Assembly (NCBI GenBank): GCA_032718475.1
Contig: JAUCBJ010008784.1
Coordinates: 19,530-83,529 of the forward strand
Origin: Nemertoderma westbladi
Taxonomy: Eukaryota; Animalia; Xenacoelomorpha
DNA: 64,000 bases
Direction of reading: 5' to 3'
Made by a program: the position numbers and the translations under genes
The notes under the pieces: generated by a model
The model's database searches: none
Told to the model about the DNA's origin: nothing
The model's input: the letters and a program-made list of their open reading frames with translations, nothing else
Shown: piece after piece, positions 1 to 13,000 of the stretch
How the letters are laid out: each line of letters opens with the position of its first letter
How positions within the stretch are numbered: the first letter of the stretch is position 1

Positions 1-25
1 TTATTATTTCACTGTTAATTTTTAG

Positions 26-3000
26 GCAAGGAGGTCGTGACGTTGTAGATTTATATGAGTCGAATCAATCAGATGCGGTCACTACTACATCTTCCCATAT
101 AAACCACAACCATTCATTGGATGCCACAATGGTAACGTGTCCTGTTACGGAGTGTATCAGACCCGGTTCCATTAACCGAATAACCTCCAGTGCTGGTGGA
201 TTCCCGTCTGTAGTGAAGGAACGTGTTTACGGGAGCGAATCAACCTGCCCTGGTAGCGGAAAAAAACTAAGTTTATTTGCGAGGAACTTCGACAAACATT
301 CCCTTAGCGATTTTGGTTTGATTAAAAGTTCAACCGAATTAAGGGCCGACGGTGTTGGTGGCGTTTATAGAGATAAAGTCCGACTGAGTTACAAATCTAC
401 TGAACTGGGAGATAGAACTGCTAGTGGTGGAGCATCACTGATGAGTGGGGCGGGTTTAGAACTACCGAAAGGTTCAGACATTTCGTTAGAATTAAATAAA
501 ATCCACCAAGAGAATGTTGAACTCATCGAGGAAATGGATCCAGAGGAAATATTGGAACATCAACGGATGCTGAAAAAGCGGCTGGATCCAAAGATTTTAG
601 AGTTTATATGGAGAAAGGGTCGAATAGGGATGGAGCAGAGAACAATGGGTGATACTGCTCCATCTGATACACAAACTGCTGCATCTGAGATACAAACGGC
701 TCCATCTGATACAGAAACTGCTCCATCTGATACACAGAGTGCTCCATCTGATATACAAACCGCTCCATCTGATACACAAACTGCTCCTACTGCTCCATCT
801 GAAACAGAAACTGCAGGATTTAGTACAAACAGGAGTTGGTTGAATATGGATGTTGTGGAATCAGATAAACTGGAATGGATGAAACCCGTGGCTATTCCCC
901 CTGGTTGTGTAGGTCGGAATAAACCTAGATTCGACTTCCAAGGTCTGTTATGCTCCATAGATACAGCCAATAATCGCTCTTCACATGATAACGTAGCCAA
1001 TCAAGGTCTGTGTCACCATGGGGATGACCCAATGTTACCCGGTTACACCCTGGACGAGTTAGTCTACCTGGCACGCAGCTCCATAGACAACCAACGTCGC
1101 TTTGCTCTTTCAACCATGGCCCAAGTCGTCTCGCATTTACACCGCTCCCAGTTCGACTCCGAGCTGTCGGAATCTTTACTCCAAGTTTTCCTCCACCCCG
1201 AGTTTATTTACTTAACACGGGTGAGTATAGACGACAAAGTCCCTGTGGTTCTCAATGCGGCTATCGCGTTGCTTCGCGGTTTAATATACGTGGAGGCCGA
1301 TGAAATATTCCTGGAAATAAATTACGTTAATTATTTGGGTCACGTGACCCCATCCTTTGTGACGTCAATGAATCTCCAAGACGACGAGGATTCCAGGAGC
1401 CCGGAGATGCGTACAATTGATTCCGATGTGGTAAAGGGGTTGCTAATGACTGGAATATTGAATCGATTCCGATATCTCCTGGAAGAATATCGATTAGACA
1501 CGATATCCGTTTTTAATCTGCTTGATATTCTCTGCGTTATATCCCGCCACGGGCTGGAATCGTCCGTGAGGGTTGTAGAATCCCCTCGATTGTTACAAAC
1601 AATCTACTCCAACTATCTACCTTCTACTTGGACCCCGATTTCTACCGCCATTAAGGATCTACAGGACCCCCGCGGTTACCCCGTTGCCAGGGTGATTAAG
1701 CTAACAGCTACGATTTGTTCCACCAGTGAGAATTTAAGTAGAATTCTAGTTAATAAACTCGGTTTAGAGAGCGTGATATCGCGTATAATATCAGTAGACC
1801 CTCGCAATTTGAACCTAAATATAACAGACGCTATTTCATTACGCCACGAGGTCATTCATCTGTGGTCTACATTGGCGACCTATAGAGTGTTAGACAACCT
1901 ACAGGAGGATTTAAACCCAATAATCTGCAGCAATCTCCAATCGTGTCTGCGACTGGATGTCTCTCAACAAATCAACCCTATTGACGCCGATTTTCTATCG
2001 AGTTTAATTAAACTCATCGATTTATTAACCAATTCGATTAACACCGATTCCATTAACCATCGCCATTTTTCCTTATCCAAATCCACATTCGCTATAATTC
2101 TGGCGTTGGCTAAACAACTCCTCTCGCAATGTTCGGAGATTAATTATAACTATCTTACAAATAGAGTTTTATCATCACTATTCAATTATCTCTCCTCGTA
2201 TTTCGTAACTTTTATTAACGTTGACGCGACGTATTTGACGTCGGTAATACAAGATTTCTCCATCTCGATATTAATTCCGTTCTCTCTCAGCAAATACGTT
2301 GCCAGTTTGTTTGACAACCTCCAAACTGTATCCTATGTGGGTCACAGCATTACATCGGAGTTCCTCTCGGCTAACAGTATTATGTATCTACATTGTGGAA
2401 CATTTCAGAACGCATTAAGCCCTTCCGGTTCTGTAATACCCGTTCTAGCTGCGTTGTTCCGTTTGATAAACGCAACACTCAGTAAACTACCCGACCTCGC
2501 TGATAAATACTCCTTCCTGATAAACAATCCATGTCTAACTAATTACATTGCGTCTGTTTCTAATAATATAAATGTCCCTTTGCAATCTCATTTTATTGTA
2601 AGAAATGAACTTCATTTTATCTATTGGATGAGTCAGTTCGCGATCTACACGCCATTATGCGGCCACGATTGGAAGTCGCTTCCATGGAAGTTGGTATTTC
2701 TCCTCTCCGCCGGCCAGGAATGGATTCTCCACGATATTTTCTCGAAATGTTTATTTTCACCGGAATTTCAACCAGATTCGGCCGCAACGAAACTCACAGA
2801 AAATTACAGAATTATTTCAGCAGAAAATCTCCGAAATATTCGAAATACTTATATAGCCTGTCTCCCTTGTACTCCCAAAACCATGGAGGTTTCCCGTTGT
2901 TACTATAGCAACCATGCACCCACCTCCTGCAGGATAAATAACTCGGGTAGATTGATGCCTTGCGATTGGCTGTACCTTCCTGTAGTCCGACTATACGAGG

Positions 3001-3650
3001 GCTCCTGCTCAAACTCCGCCCACATTCGGTCTGATTCACTGAGCCAGGAACATCTCGCAAATATCGACGACTGCCTCAAGATGGCGCTATACTTTCACCA
3101 AACAAACAAATCGGCTTTTGATTGGCTGTCCCCGACGGTTCACTTTACTCGACTTCTATGCGTATTCCTATTGGCTGATGACACGTTCCTTCATCCGCCA
3201 ATCAGAGAGAGTCTGAAGTCGTTGCTATGGCAGCTTAATCCTTATTGGTCTCTTTTGGAACTCGAGTCAGCCATACCGGGACTGGGATCCGCTTTTATCG
3301 ATTTTTATTCGAACTTTGTCGAACAATTTAAGTCCGTTTCGTACGGCGATCCGACCTTCTGTAACTTTGTATTAATACCAATGCGGAATCGATATTCACC
3401 CCGGTACAGACTACTTATGTGGACGGACCGCGAACTACTGCGCATTATGACGTCACTTCCGCGTCAGCAGTTATGCTTCGACGTGGAAGAGCTCGAGGAA
3501 GTTGTTGAACCGTCGCGCGAATCCGACCGTAAGATCGTGGATAGGATTATCCAACTGCAGCAGTCAGCCCTGCGCAACGGGTATCTAACGTCCACTGACT
3601 CCGTGCCCTACCTGGTAGCAGTAGCTAATATACAGCGCCAATCAAAGTAG
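26..3650 (+). CDS. RPAP1: RNA polymerase II-associated protein 1, large terminal exon (5' exon probably outside the window)
   Basis: RPAP1 motifs IHQENVELIEEM..EEI..Q, KLEWM, RFDFQG, GLCHHGDDP..PGYTLDEL, and C-terminal F..VSYGD. The frame is open upstream of 117 to a TTTTTAG acceptor at 19-25, adding QGGRDVV. Confidence 0.9.
650..812 (+). repeat. 21-bp coding tandem repeat (TAPSDTQ-like, ~7 copies) within RPAP1
   Basis: Repeated gctccatctgatacacaaact variants. Confidence 0.9.
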
Positions 3651-3942
3651 AGAGAGACGTGAATGTATACCAAACAATTCTCCATAATATAAACTATAGT
3701 TAATATGGACGTGTAGTGCTGGTCCGAAAGTTGCAATGATTGAATATTATAAATCCATTTAATTAATTAATTTTTGAAAGAAAACCAACATTCATAATAT
3801 TGTTATTAAAGCCACCACGTCTATTTTTAGACGAAGTAGCAAATAGGTACCTATAAATATACGTGACAGATGTATATTTTGTCATATATTGTTTTATTTT
3901 TTTTACAAAAAAAATAAATTGTTTCGGTCATTTTCAAGCAAG

Positions 3943-4030
3943 CAAACAGTCAGCCGAGGCCGGAGGCGACCCGAAGGCTCCTATTTCAATAGCTGCTACC
4001 CGAGGGTAGGGGTGGGCGCAACTCCTATCC
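3943..4030. mobile_element. Probable SINE/retroelement fragment
   Basis: GC-rich island ggcgacccgaaggctcctatttcaatagctgctac resembles a widespread invertebrate SINE segment; recalled resemblance only. Confidence 0.35.
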
Positions 4031-4144
4031 CAAATATTGACTTTATTTCTTTATATATGTTGTATTTCCTAGCCTTGCGGTTGCTAACCATTAATTATGA
4101 ATGATTTTCATACTGTAGAACCAATTATATTTATTATATTATTA

Positions 4145-4198
4145 TCTATATATATATAAACTAGAAAGCCAGTGGCCCTTCGGGCCACGGCTTTCTAG
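4145..4198 (+). mobile_element. Minimal Helitron-like remnant / strong hairpin
   Basis: A|TCTATATA...GC-rich hairpin...CTAG|T. Near-perfect palindrome aactagaaagcc-a-gtggccc-ttc-gggccac-ggctttctagtt at 4159-4200. Confidence 0.4.
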
Positions 4199-5574
4199 TT
4201 CACAAGCCTATTCACCATTCCAAACATTAATTAATTAATTAATTAACTTAACAAAACTTCATATGATTGAGAGTGTCAAAGAATTGTTTGCCGCTCTCTC
4301 TCTCCAGTAGGGGGTGAGACAGGCAGCCGGTCAGGAGATATCTGACGCCTGTGAGGCCGATTGTGTCCAGTCATTCCACTGGCCTCTAGTGGCTGGACCT
4401 CCGCATTACTAATGTAATCCATAGTGGGGGTTGGGGGGTGCTTTTTTGCCGAGTCAGCTCTCGGGGCAAATACCACACCCTGGTTTGCCATTCCACAGGG
4501 TGGGTGTCGCAGTGGAGTCAGATATGAGGCCCATCACCCATATCTACTCTCGCGCACATGACCCACCATTGGCTGTGCAGCTCATCTGCTGGGTCATGCC
4601 CTGTACCCCTGCTGCCAGGTGCAAGTCGCAGTGAAGTGCACTCAGAGTGGACATGAGAACACTCTACTCCTGACCAGCCATTGGTAGATCACCATCTGCC
4701 TGGCCAGGCCATATACCCCTGCAGCCAAGTATATGGGTCCTTAATCCAGGACCAAGGGCGTCCTTATCCCAGAACGAAGGGCGTCCTAGTTACAGGACCA
4801 GATTTGCCCTAGTAAGAGGGTCTATGCAGCTACAGGTGGCACCTCCTTTATGCTGCATGGAGGTGGCAAGTTTTCTTGATCAATGACCTAGAATACCTGA
4901 CCTGACCTGACAGTGTATAGGGTTACAGTGTACTGTAATTCTCTTTGGTCTAAGCGTAACTATTCAGAATATGTTCATGATAAAAGTTTGCTTATAATAG
5001 CTGTTTCAGATTGCTACTACATTTCATATCCCAAGAGTTACAAATGGTGAACCAACTAGTACTGTATAACATGTTATATAACGTGTTATAGAGTCGTATA
5101 TAGTATAATGTCACGGCAATACGCACTTTCTGTATAATAATCCTATATATAAATTTCATACAATAAACAGCATTATTTAATAATTTCCCCATTATGATCA
5201 AGGAATTCAGTTTAGTAGGACTCGTAAGTCTTGAGAGGGAAATTCAAATTGAATCCTATTGCGCATAAGTCAGGAGATAAGTTAGGTCATATTACATGTA
5301 TTACGATATTACAGGTACCTGACCGGTAGTAAAATTAAGTAGGCCACGTACCGTTCGTAATGTCAGAACCCTGTTTGCCTGACAAGCTGACATCATGAGG
5401 CTCTAATCTAATAACGATGTGTGGCTACAGGTAAGTCACACGAATAGTCCTGTGTTCGAAGAGTAATCGCGATTCCATGACTCATACTCCGGTTCAGCGG
5501 TTGGCTTAATTAATCGCTCATTCCTTTTATAGGCTAATTTATAACCTCTAATAAACTTTTATGAAAGTACAGCG

Positions 5575-7710
5575 ATGTTGAGGTATACCGCAGTGTTTCC
5601 AAGATTCCTACGTATTCGTGGATGCGAATACATCGCCCCCCGCAAGAGTTTCACAACCGCAACTCTAGTCGGAAACACGACGAGAGAATTCGTTAACCCA
5701 CCCGGCGATGCTGTTTGCAATACGCCAGATATGTTACAATTTTTTCACAAAACGAAGTTATTATTAGACATGGAACGAGTTGCTGAAATTGAACATCATA
5801 CTGCGCTATTAAGTCAATGTTCCTTGGAGCAGTTGGAACAAAGGGGTATTTGTTTATCAGAACTTGTAATGACGTCTTCGTTTATCGGTCTATTTGGAAG
5901 GAAAATAGTTACATTTGGGAGGACGGAATTCGCGTGGAATGATAACAGTGGTAATCTACCGCCACATTCAATCCGCCATGGTGATATTATAGGGGTCGGT
6001 ATATCTGGTGGCTCTATTGAAAGCCACATATCCACAGGGGTTGTGTACAGTAGATCACAAACTGAAATAACATTAGTGTTGGATGGAATATCAAATGATT
6101 TGGAAACTTATGATACTTGTTTTCAACTTGTAAAGATATCAAACGATGTTACTCATAAGAGATTAGTGGGGAGTGCCAATCATATGATCAATATATCAGA
6201 TGGCTCAGCCATAGTTCCTGGGTCTGAGCTGGCTAAGGTTTGCTTTGGAATTTTACAACCCTCAGCTTTTTCTCTGGACATTGATGATTATAATGAGATA
6301 AATTTCTGGAACGCATTGCTCAATAAAAGCCAGAAAGATGCAGTGGTATTTGCATTGAACCAAAAAGAGGCTTCCATTATTCATGGCCCGCCTGGGACTG
6401 GGAAAACTACTACGATTATTGAACTCATTCGTCAGGAAGTTGACAGGGGGAATAAAGTGTTAGCTTGTGCCCCGTCCAATGTTGCTGTTGACAATATTGC
6501 GGAGATGTTGAATGAATGCGGAGTTCGTATTATCCGCATGGGCCACCCTGCTAGGGTTTCTCCCGCTAACCTCGGCGTTTGCTTCGAGGCTATGGTCTCT
6601 CAAATTTCTGAATCATTTGTGTTTCAGGCGACGGAAGTCGAAAAAATGCTCCGTCGTAATTCGAGATTATTGTCAGGAGTAAAACTAAAACGTAAAAAAG
6701 CAACGAAACTGAAAAGTGAAAATGTTTTTTTGAGATCGTTAAAAAATAAAATAGATCAGCGCAATAAACATTTGGTTTACGAAACTTTATGCGACGCGGA
6801 TGTAGTTTTGGCGACTTTGTCTGGTTCTTCGCGCGAAGGTCCTCTGAAGGTCCTTCCAGATGATCACTTCGACGTTGTTGTTATAGATGAGTGCGCTCAG
6901 GCCTTAGAGGTTGGATGTTGGATCCCACTGAGTGGGACAACACGCTGCGTGTTAGCAGGGGACCATCAGCAACTAGCCCCAACTATAATGAGTGCGGACG
7001 CCCGTAGTCAGGGCCTCGGTACCACGTTGATGCAGAGGCTATTGGAGATGCACCCGAATATTAGCAGGATGTTAACCACTCAGTATCGGATGAATGAGTT
7101 GATTATGAAGTGGCCTTCACACAAATTCTATGATAACAAGTTAGAAGCCCACAGGAGTGTGGGATCGCATTTATTGTCTCACATCCCAGGTGTTATCGAT
7201 ACAGCAGACACACGAACACCTTTACTTCTCATAGACACTACGGGATGTGGTACACAGGAAATACAATGCAGTGAGACACTTTCTTTCGGCAATCCGGGAG
7301 AAATTAATTTAGTAGCTAGTCATGTGGAATCTCTTGTACAAGCTAATGTTAATCCTAATGATATCGCTATAATAACTCCCTATAATCTACAGGTTTCTAT
7401 GCTAACGAGTAAACTTGCAGACAAGTTTCCTGAGTTGGATATTCAAACAGTTGATGGTTTCCAAGGTCGTGAGAAGGAGGTAGTGATACTGTCCCTGGTT
7501 CGTTGCAACAGCGATGGAGCGGTTGGGTTTGAACGGCGTATTAACGTTTCTATAACCCGAGCTCGCAGACATTTATCTCTTATATGCGATACAAGTACGG
7601 TATCCAACTGCGCCATACTTAAATCATTGGTTGATTATATGCTGGATAATGCGGATGTTAGAATTGCCTCTAATGTTCACCAGGATGTTCCACTCAGTGC
7701 TGTTGATTAG
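5575..7710 (+). CDS. IGHMBP2: IGHMBP2/SMUBP-2-like UPF1-family SF1 helicase (no R3H or AN1 zinc-finger tail)
   Basis: HGPPGTGKT, ACAPSNVAVDN, VVIDECAQALE, LAGDHQQLAPT, QYRMN, TVDGFQGREKE, NVSITRARR. Single ORF. Possible 5'UTR intron at 5431-5531 (GTAAGT...TTTTATAG). Confidence 0.85.
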   Translation: MLRYTAVFPRFLRIRGCEYIAPRKSFTTATLVGNTTREFVNPPGDAVCNTPDMLQFFHKTKLLLDMERVAEIEHHTALLSQCSLEQLEQRGICLSELVMTSSFIGLFGRKIVTFGRTEFAWNDNSGNLPPHSIRHGDIIGVGISGGSIESHISTGVVYSRSQTEITLVLDGISNDLETYDTCFQLVKISNDVTHKRLVGSANHMINISDGSAIVPGSELAKVCFGILQPSAFSLDIDDYNEINFWNALLNKSQKDAVVFALNQKEASIIHGPPGTGKTTTIIELIRQEVDRGNKVLACAPSNVAVDNIAEMLNECGVRIIRMGHPARVSPANLGVCFEAMVSQISESFVFQATEVEKMLRRNSRLLSGVKLKRKKATKLKSENVFLRSLKNKIDQRNKHLVYETLCDADVVLATLSGSSREGPLKVLPDDHFDVVVIDECAQALEVGCWIPLSGTTRCVLAGDHQQLAPTIMSADARSQGLGTTLMQRLLEMHPNISRMLTTQYRMNELIMKWPSHKFYDNKLEAHRSVGSHLLSHIPGVIDTADTRTPLLLIDTTGCGTQEIQCSETLSFGNPGEINLVASHVESLVQANVNPNDIAIITPYNLQVSMLTSKLADKFPELDIQTVDGFQGREKEVVILSLVRCNSDGAVGFERRINVSITRARRHLSLICDTSTVSNCAILKSLVDYMLDNADVRIASNVHQDVPLSAVD

Positions 7711-8733
7711 TATTATTAATTTTTTATTTTTATATCTGGGCCAATATAAACTGCCAGAAAACAGAACGTTATTAATAGTAATTAACATTTTACTGATCCA
7801 GGTGATTTTTGTTTGGTTTGTTACACGAACGAGAATAGTGAGTACAGATAACAGAACACTAAAGTACTTTGCAACAAGTACATATGTAGTTTTATTCCAA
7901 AGTTTTAGCAAAAATGGAAGATGAAAATCTGTATATGAAACTTTTGTCTAGAAAAAGTATTATATTTGTGGTGCTATTTCTTTCTGGTTTAAATTTAGAT
8001 TATAGGATCGAACGAAATAAAAAATGGAAACATTTTTTACAAGAATAAAAAAAAATATTAAAGGTTGTGCGTTAATAAATTGTCAGTAATAAATATTAAT
8101 TTATTGAACGGTTGCTTGATAATCGCTTGGATATTGAAGTTTTACAACACATTTTAATATCAATTACATTATTGGTATAGTATCGGGAGGCAGTTCTATT
8201 GAGTCAGTATAGATTATATGTATATCTATATGTATCATAAGGCAATCAATAACAAATGTTACAGGTACCGTTGTGTATAACAAGCACTTTAAGTGAAGAT
8301 TCACAATGAAAAATTATAAATATATGATATATATTATGTAATTAACAACAGCATATTATATTGCATTACTTACTTTCGTACTCGGTGAAAATACGAAACA
8401 ACTTGAGAAGCATAAATCAAAGACAATGCGAGAAACTGAAACCATTTTGTTACGAGAAACTGTCGGAACAATATATAATAAGAAACTTTTGTGAACATAT
8501 TTATTAGAAAAAGCACAGAATTGGGTGCGGTGAAAAGGGAACAGCCGCAAAAACAGTTAGTTGGATGTAAATCTCAACGCAGAATTAATATATTCTTTAG
8601 ACTTTAAGGAACCTATTTAGTTCTTCTTTAGTTAGTATTTTATTAATAACTTAACTTAAGGATGTTGTTCCCAGTACTGTCTGTGTTTTTAGACCCACCC
8701 GACCCGTTTGTGTATCCAAGCAACCCGTGTACA

Positions 8734-9471
8734 CTACCCTAGGACCCCTTGTCCTGCCTGTTTGTGCAGCAGGTCTACCAAGGTCTCCACCGAGGTCTTC
8801 CACTCCCCAACCCGCGCACTCATCTCCCCAATCTGTTCCCTGCTCAGCACTCTCGGCTGCACCCACGAGATGTAAACCTTCCCGTCTACCTGATCGATAG
8901 ACCCCTTAACTAAACCGAGAGACAGCGCGCGCATAACCAGTATCTCTACGTGGTCTTCGGCGACCTGGCAGACAGCGGAGATCTCGGAGAAAGTGAGAAC
9001 GCGATGGTTAGCGGGGCGAGTGAAGGACAGCTCTACGAGGGCCATCAGACGAATCTTCTGGGTTAGAAACACAGAGGATTTCTCTAGATCGATCTGTTTC
9101 GATAAAGAGGAATGAAGTTCGTTGAATCGTCGAATGTTCCCCGAGTTAAACGCGAAGAGAAGATCAACGAGCCACTGGTTCTCCGTTGCGACGAGCGACT
9201 CGAGGATCGGATGCGCTAAGAGTTCCCCGAAGTTGTAGATGCCCCGGGCGAGGAGGGCCGCGAGTCCCACGTGGAACGCGCGTTCCTTGCGTTCCTCTGT
9301 TCCGATCTCGGCGAGGTCCTTGCAGCCCAGGTACCGCAGCGAGTCGGTGTAGAACCCCGCGTGGTCCCCCGTCATCTTCGAGTAGGTGCTGCTCGTATCG
9401 TAGAAGTGCGCGTGGATCGGTGTCAGTCCATCCTCGTTGTCTAGGATACTTCGCGCCTCCGCAATGTGTTC
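8734..9471 (-). CDS. PSMD13: 26S proteasome lid subunit Rpn9/PSMD13, exon 2
   Basis: YNFGELLAHPILESL, PCI domain, WVQPRVL. Acceptor AG at 9473-9472 followed by EHIAEAR in frame; joined protein is 380 aa. Confidence 0.93.
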   Translation of the reverse strand, partial: EHIAEARSILDNEDGLTPIHAHFYDTSSTYSKMTGDHAGFYTDSLRYLGCKDLAEIGTEERKERAFHVGLAALLARGIYNFGELLAHPILESLVATENQWLVDLLFAFNSGNIRRFNELHSSLSKQIDLEKSSVFLTQKIRLMALVELSFTRPANHRVLTFSEISAVCQVAEDHVEILVMRALSLGLVKGSIDQVDGKVYISWVQPRVLSREQIGEMSARVGEWKTSVETLVDLLHKQAGQGVLG

Positions 9472-10033
9472 CTAAGTGGGATTATATAATAATTATTAAA
9501 TTGTTTTAATTACACAATTATTTTAAAAGACAGTCATATTTCCATACCTGACATATTTTTATTTATTTATTATGTAACGGATATGAAAGACTTTTGGTGT
9601 CTATACTGATATACAAATAATATGACAACGCCATATCGTTCCCTGAACTTTTATATAAAACCAAACAATCAGTAATTTAAGCCTAAGGTACGCTGGTATG
9701 CTGCTGATGTAGCATAATAATAAAATAATAGGAAGACTAATCAAAATATATAAAATATGATTGGGCTCTTCCTATCAAACTGTACTATGATATTAATAAT
9801 AATATCATAACAGCTTAACAATGGTAAACCCAATCGAATAAATCTATATTTTAAAATTACCAGACAGCCAGCTGCCCAGATTGGTCAGTTGGACATAGTT
9901 AATTCTAATTGAGAAGTACATCTATTATTATTCTTAAAATTTTTGTACATAAACAGCCAGTGGAATCCGGACCAAAATTAATTTTTTCATTTATTCATAT
10001 AAATATCATATAAAGGGCGTTCAGAACAGAACA

Positions 10034-13000
10034 GCATTGATTGATCCACCCTGATAGGCACTGCGGAACTTTGTACTCTCATTGATTGATCCACCCCGAT
10101 AGGCACTGCGGAACTTTGTACTCTCATCGATTGATCCACCCTGATAGGCAGTGCGGAACTGTGTACTTTCATTGATTGATCCACCCTGATAGGCACTGCG
10201 GAACTGTGTACTGGCATTGATTGATCCACCCTGATAGGCACTGCGGAACTGTGTACTTTCATTGATTGATCCACCCTGATAGGTACTGCGGAACTGTGTA
10301 CTGGCATCGATTGATCCACCCTGATAGGCACTGCGGAACTGTGTACTTTCATTGATTGATCCACCCTGAGAGGTACTGCGGAACTGTGTACTGGCATTGA
10401 TTGATCCACCCTGATAGGCAGTGCGGAACTGTGTACTGGCATTGATTGATCCACCCTGATAGGCACTGCGGAACTGTGTACTGGCATTGATTGATCCACC
10501 CTGATAGGCACTGCGGAACTGTGTACTGGCATTGATTGATCCACCCTGATAGGCACTGCGGAACTGTGTACTGGCATTGATTGATCCACCCTGATAGGCA
10601 CTGCGGAACTGTGTACTGGCATTGATTGATCCACCCTGATATGCACTGCGGAACTGTGTACTGGCATTGATTGATCCACCCTGATAGGCACTGCGGAACT
10701 TTGTACTCTCATTGATTGATCCACCCCGATATGCACTGCGGAACTGTGTACTGGCATTGATTGATCCACCCTGATATGCACTGCGGAACTGTGTACTGGC
10801 ATTGATTGATCCACCCTGATAGGCACTGCGGAACTGTGTACTGGCATTGATTGATCCACCCTGATAGGCACTGCGGAACTGTGTACTGGCATTGATTGAT
10901 CCACCCTGATAGGCACTGCGGAACTGTGTACTGGCATTGATTGATTCACCCTGATAGGCACTGCGGAACTGTGTACTGGCATTGATTGATCCACCCTGAT
11001 AGGCACTGCGGAACTGTGTACTGGCATTGATTGATCCACCCTGATATGCACTGCGGATCTGTGTACTGGCATTGATTGATCCACCCTGATAGGCACTGCG
11101 GAACTGTGTGCTGGCATTGATTGATCCACCCTGATAGGCACTGCGGAACTGTGTACTGGCATTGATTGATCCACCCTGATATGCACTCCGGAACTGTGTA
11201 CTGGCATTGATTGATCCACCCTGATAGGCACTTCGGAACTGTGTGCTGGCATTGATTGATCCACCCTTATATGCACTGCGGAACTGTGTACTGGCATTGA
11301 TTGATCCACCCTGATATGCACTGCGGAACTGTGTACTGGCATCGATTGATCCACCCTGATAGGCACTGCGGAACTGTATACTAGCATCGATTGATCCACC
11401 CTGATAGGCACTGCGGAACTGTGTACTGGCATCGATTGATCCACCCTGATAGGCACTGCGGAACTGTGTACTGGCATTGATTGATCCACCCTGATATGCA
11501 CTGCGGAACTGTGTACTGGCATTGATTGATCCACCCTGATAGGCACTGCGGAACTGTGTACTGGCATTGATTGATCCACCCTGATAGGCACTGCGGAACT
11601 GTGTACTGGCATTGATTGATCCACCCTGATAGGCACTGCGGAACTGTGTACTGGCATTGATTGATCCACCCTGATAGGCACTGCGGAACTGTGTACTGGC
11701 ATTGATTGATCCACCCTGATAGGCACTGCGGAACTGTGTACTGGCATTGATTGATCCACCCTGATATGCACTGCGGAACTGTGTACTGGCATTGATTGAT
11801 CCACCCTGATAGGCACTGCGGAACTGTGTACTGGCATTGATTGATCCACCCTGATATGCACTGCGGAACTGTGTACTGGCATTGATTGATCCACCCTGAT
11901 AGGCACTGCGGAACTGTGTACTGGCATTGATTGATCCACCCTGATAGGCAGTGCGGAACTGTGTACTGGCATTGATTGATCCACCCTGATAGGCAGTGCG
12001 GAACTGTGTACTGGCATTGATTGATCCACCCTGATAGGCAGTGCGGAACTGTGTACTGGCATTGATTGATCCACCCTGATAGGCACTGCGGAACTGTGTA
12101 CTGGCATTGATTGATCCACCCTGATAGGCACTGCGGAACTGTGTACTGGCATTGATTGATCCACCCTGATATGCACTGCGGAACTGTGTACTGTCATTGA
12201 TTGATCCACCCTGATAGGCACTGCGGAACTGTGTACTGGCATTGATTGATCCACCCTGATAGGCACTGCGGAACTGTGTACTGGCATTGATTGATCCACC
12301 CTGATAGGCACTGCGGAACTGTGTACTGGCATTGATTGATCCACCCTGATATGCACTGCGGAACTGTGTACTGGCATCGATTGATCCACCCTGATAGGCA
12401 CTGCGGAACTGTGTACTGGCATTGATTGATCCACCCTGATAGCTACTGCGGAACTGTGTACTGGCATTGATTGATCCACCCTGATAGGCACTGCGGAACT
12501 GTGTACTGGCATTGATTGATCCACCCTGATAGGCACTGCGGAACTGTGTACTGGCATTGATTGATCCACCCTGATATGCACTGCGGAACTGTGTACTGGC
12601 ATTGATTGATCCACCCTGATAGGCACTGCGGAACTGTGTGCTGGCATTGATTGATCCACCCTGATAGGCACTGCGGAACTGTGTACTGGCATTGATTGAT
12701 CCACCCTGATATGCACTGCGGAACTGTGTACTGGCATTGATTGATCCACCCTGATAGGCACTTCGGAACTGTGTGCTGGCATTGATTGATCCACCCTTAT
12801 ATGCACTGCGGAACTGTGTACTGGCATTGATTGATCCACCCTGATATGCACTGCGGAACTGTGTACTGGCATCGATTGATCCACCCTGATAGGCACTGCG
12901 GAACTGTATACTAGCATCGATTGATCCACCCTGATAGGCACTGCGGAACTGTGTACTGGCATCGATTGATCCACCCTGATAGGCACTGCGGAACTGTGTA

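Noticed and set aside
4276-4910. Small ORFs or a gene in a GC-richer segment
   Set aside because: No protein motifs; more likely a retroelement UTR remnant that cannot be classified by eye.
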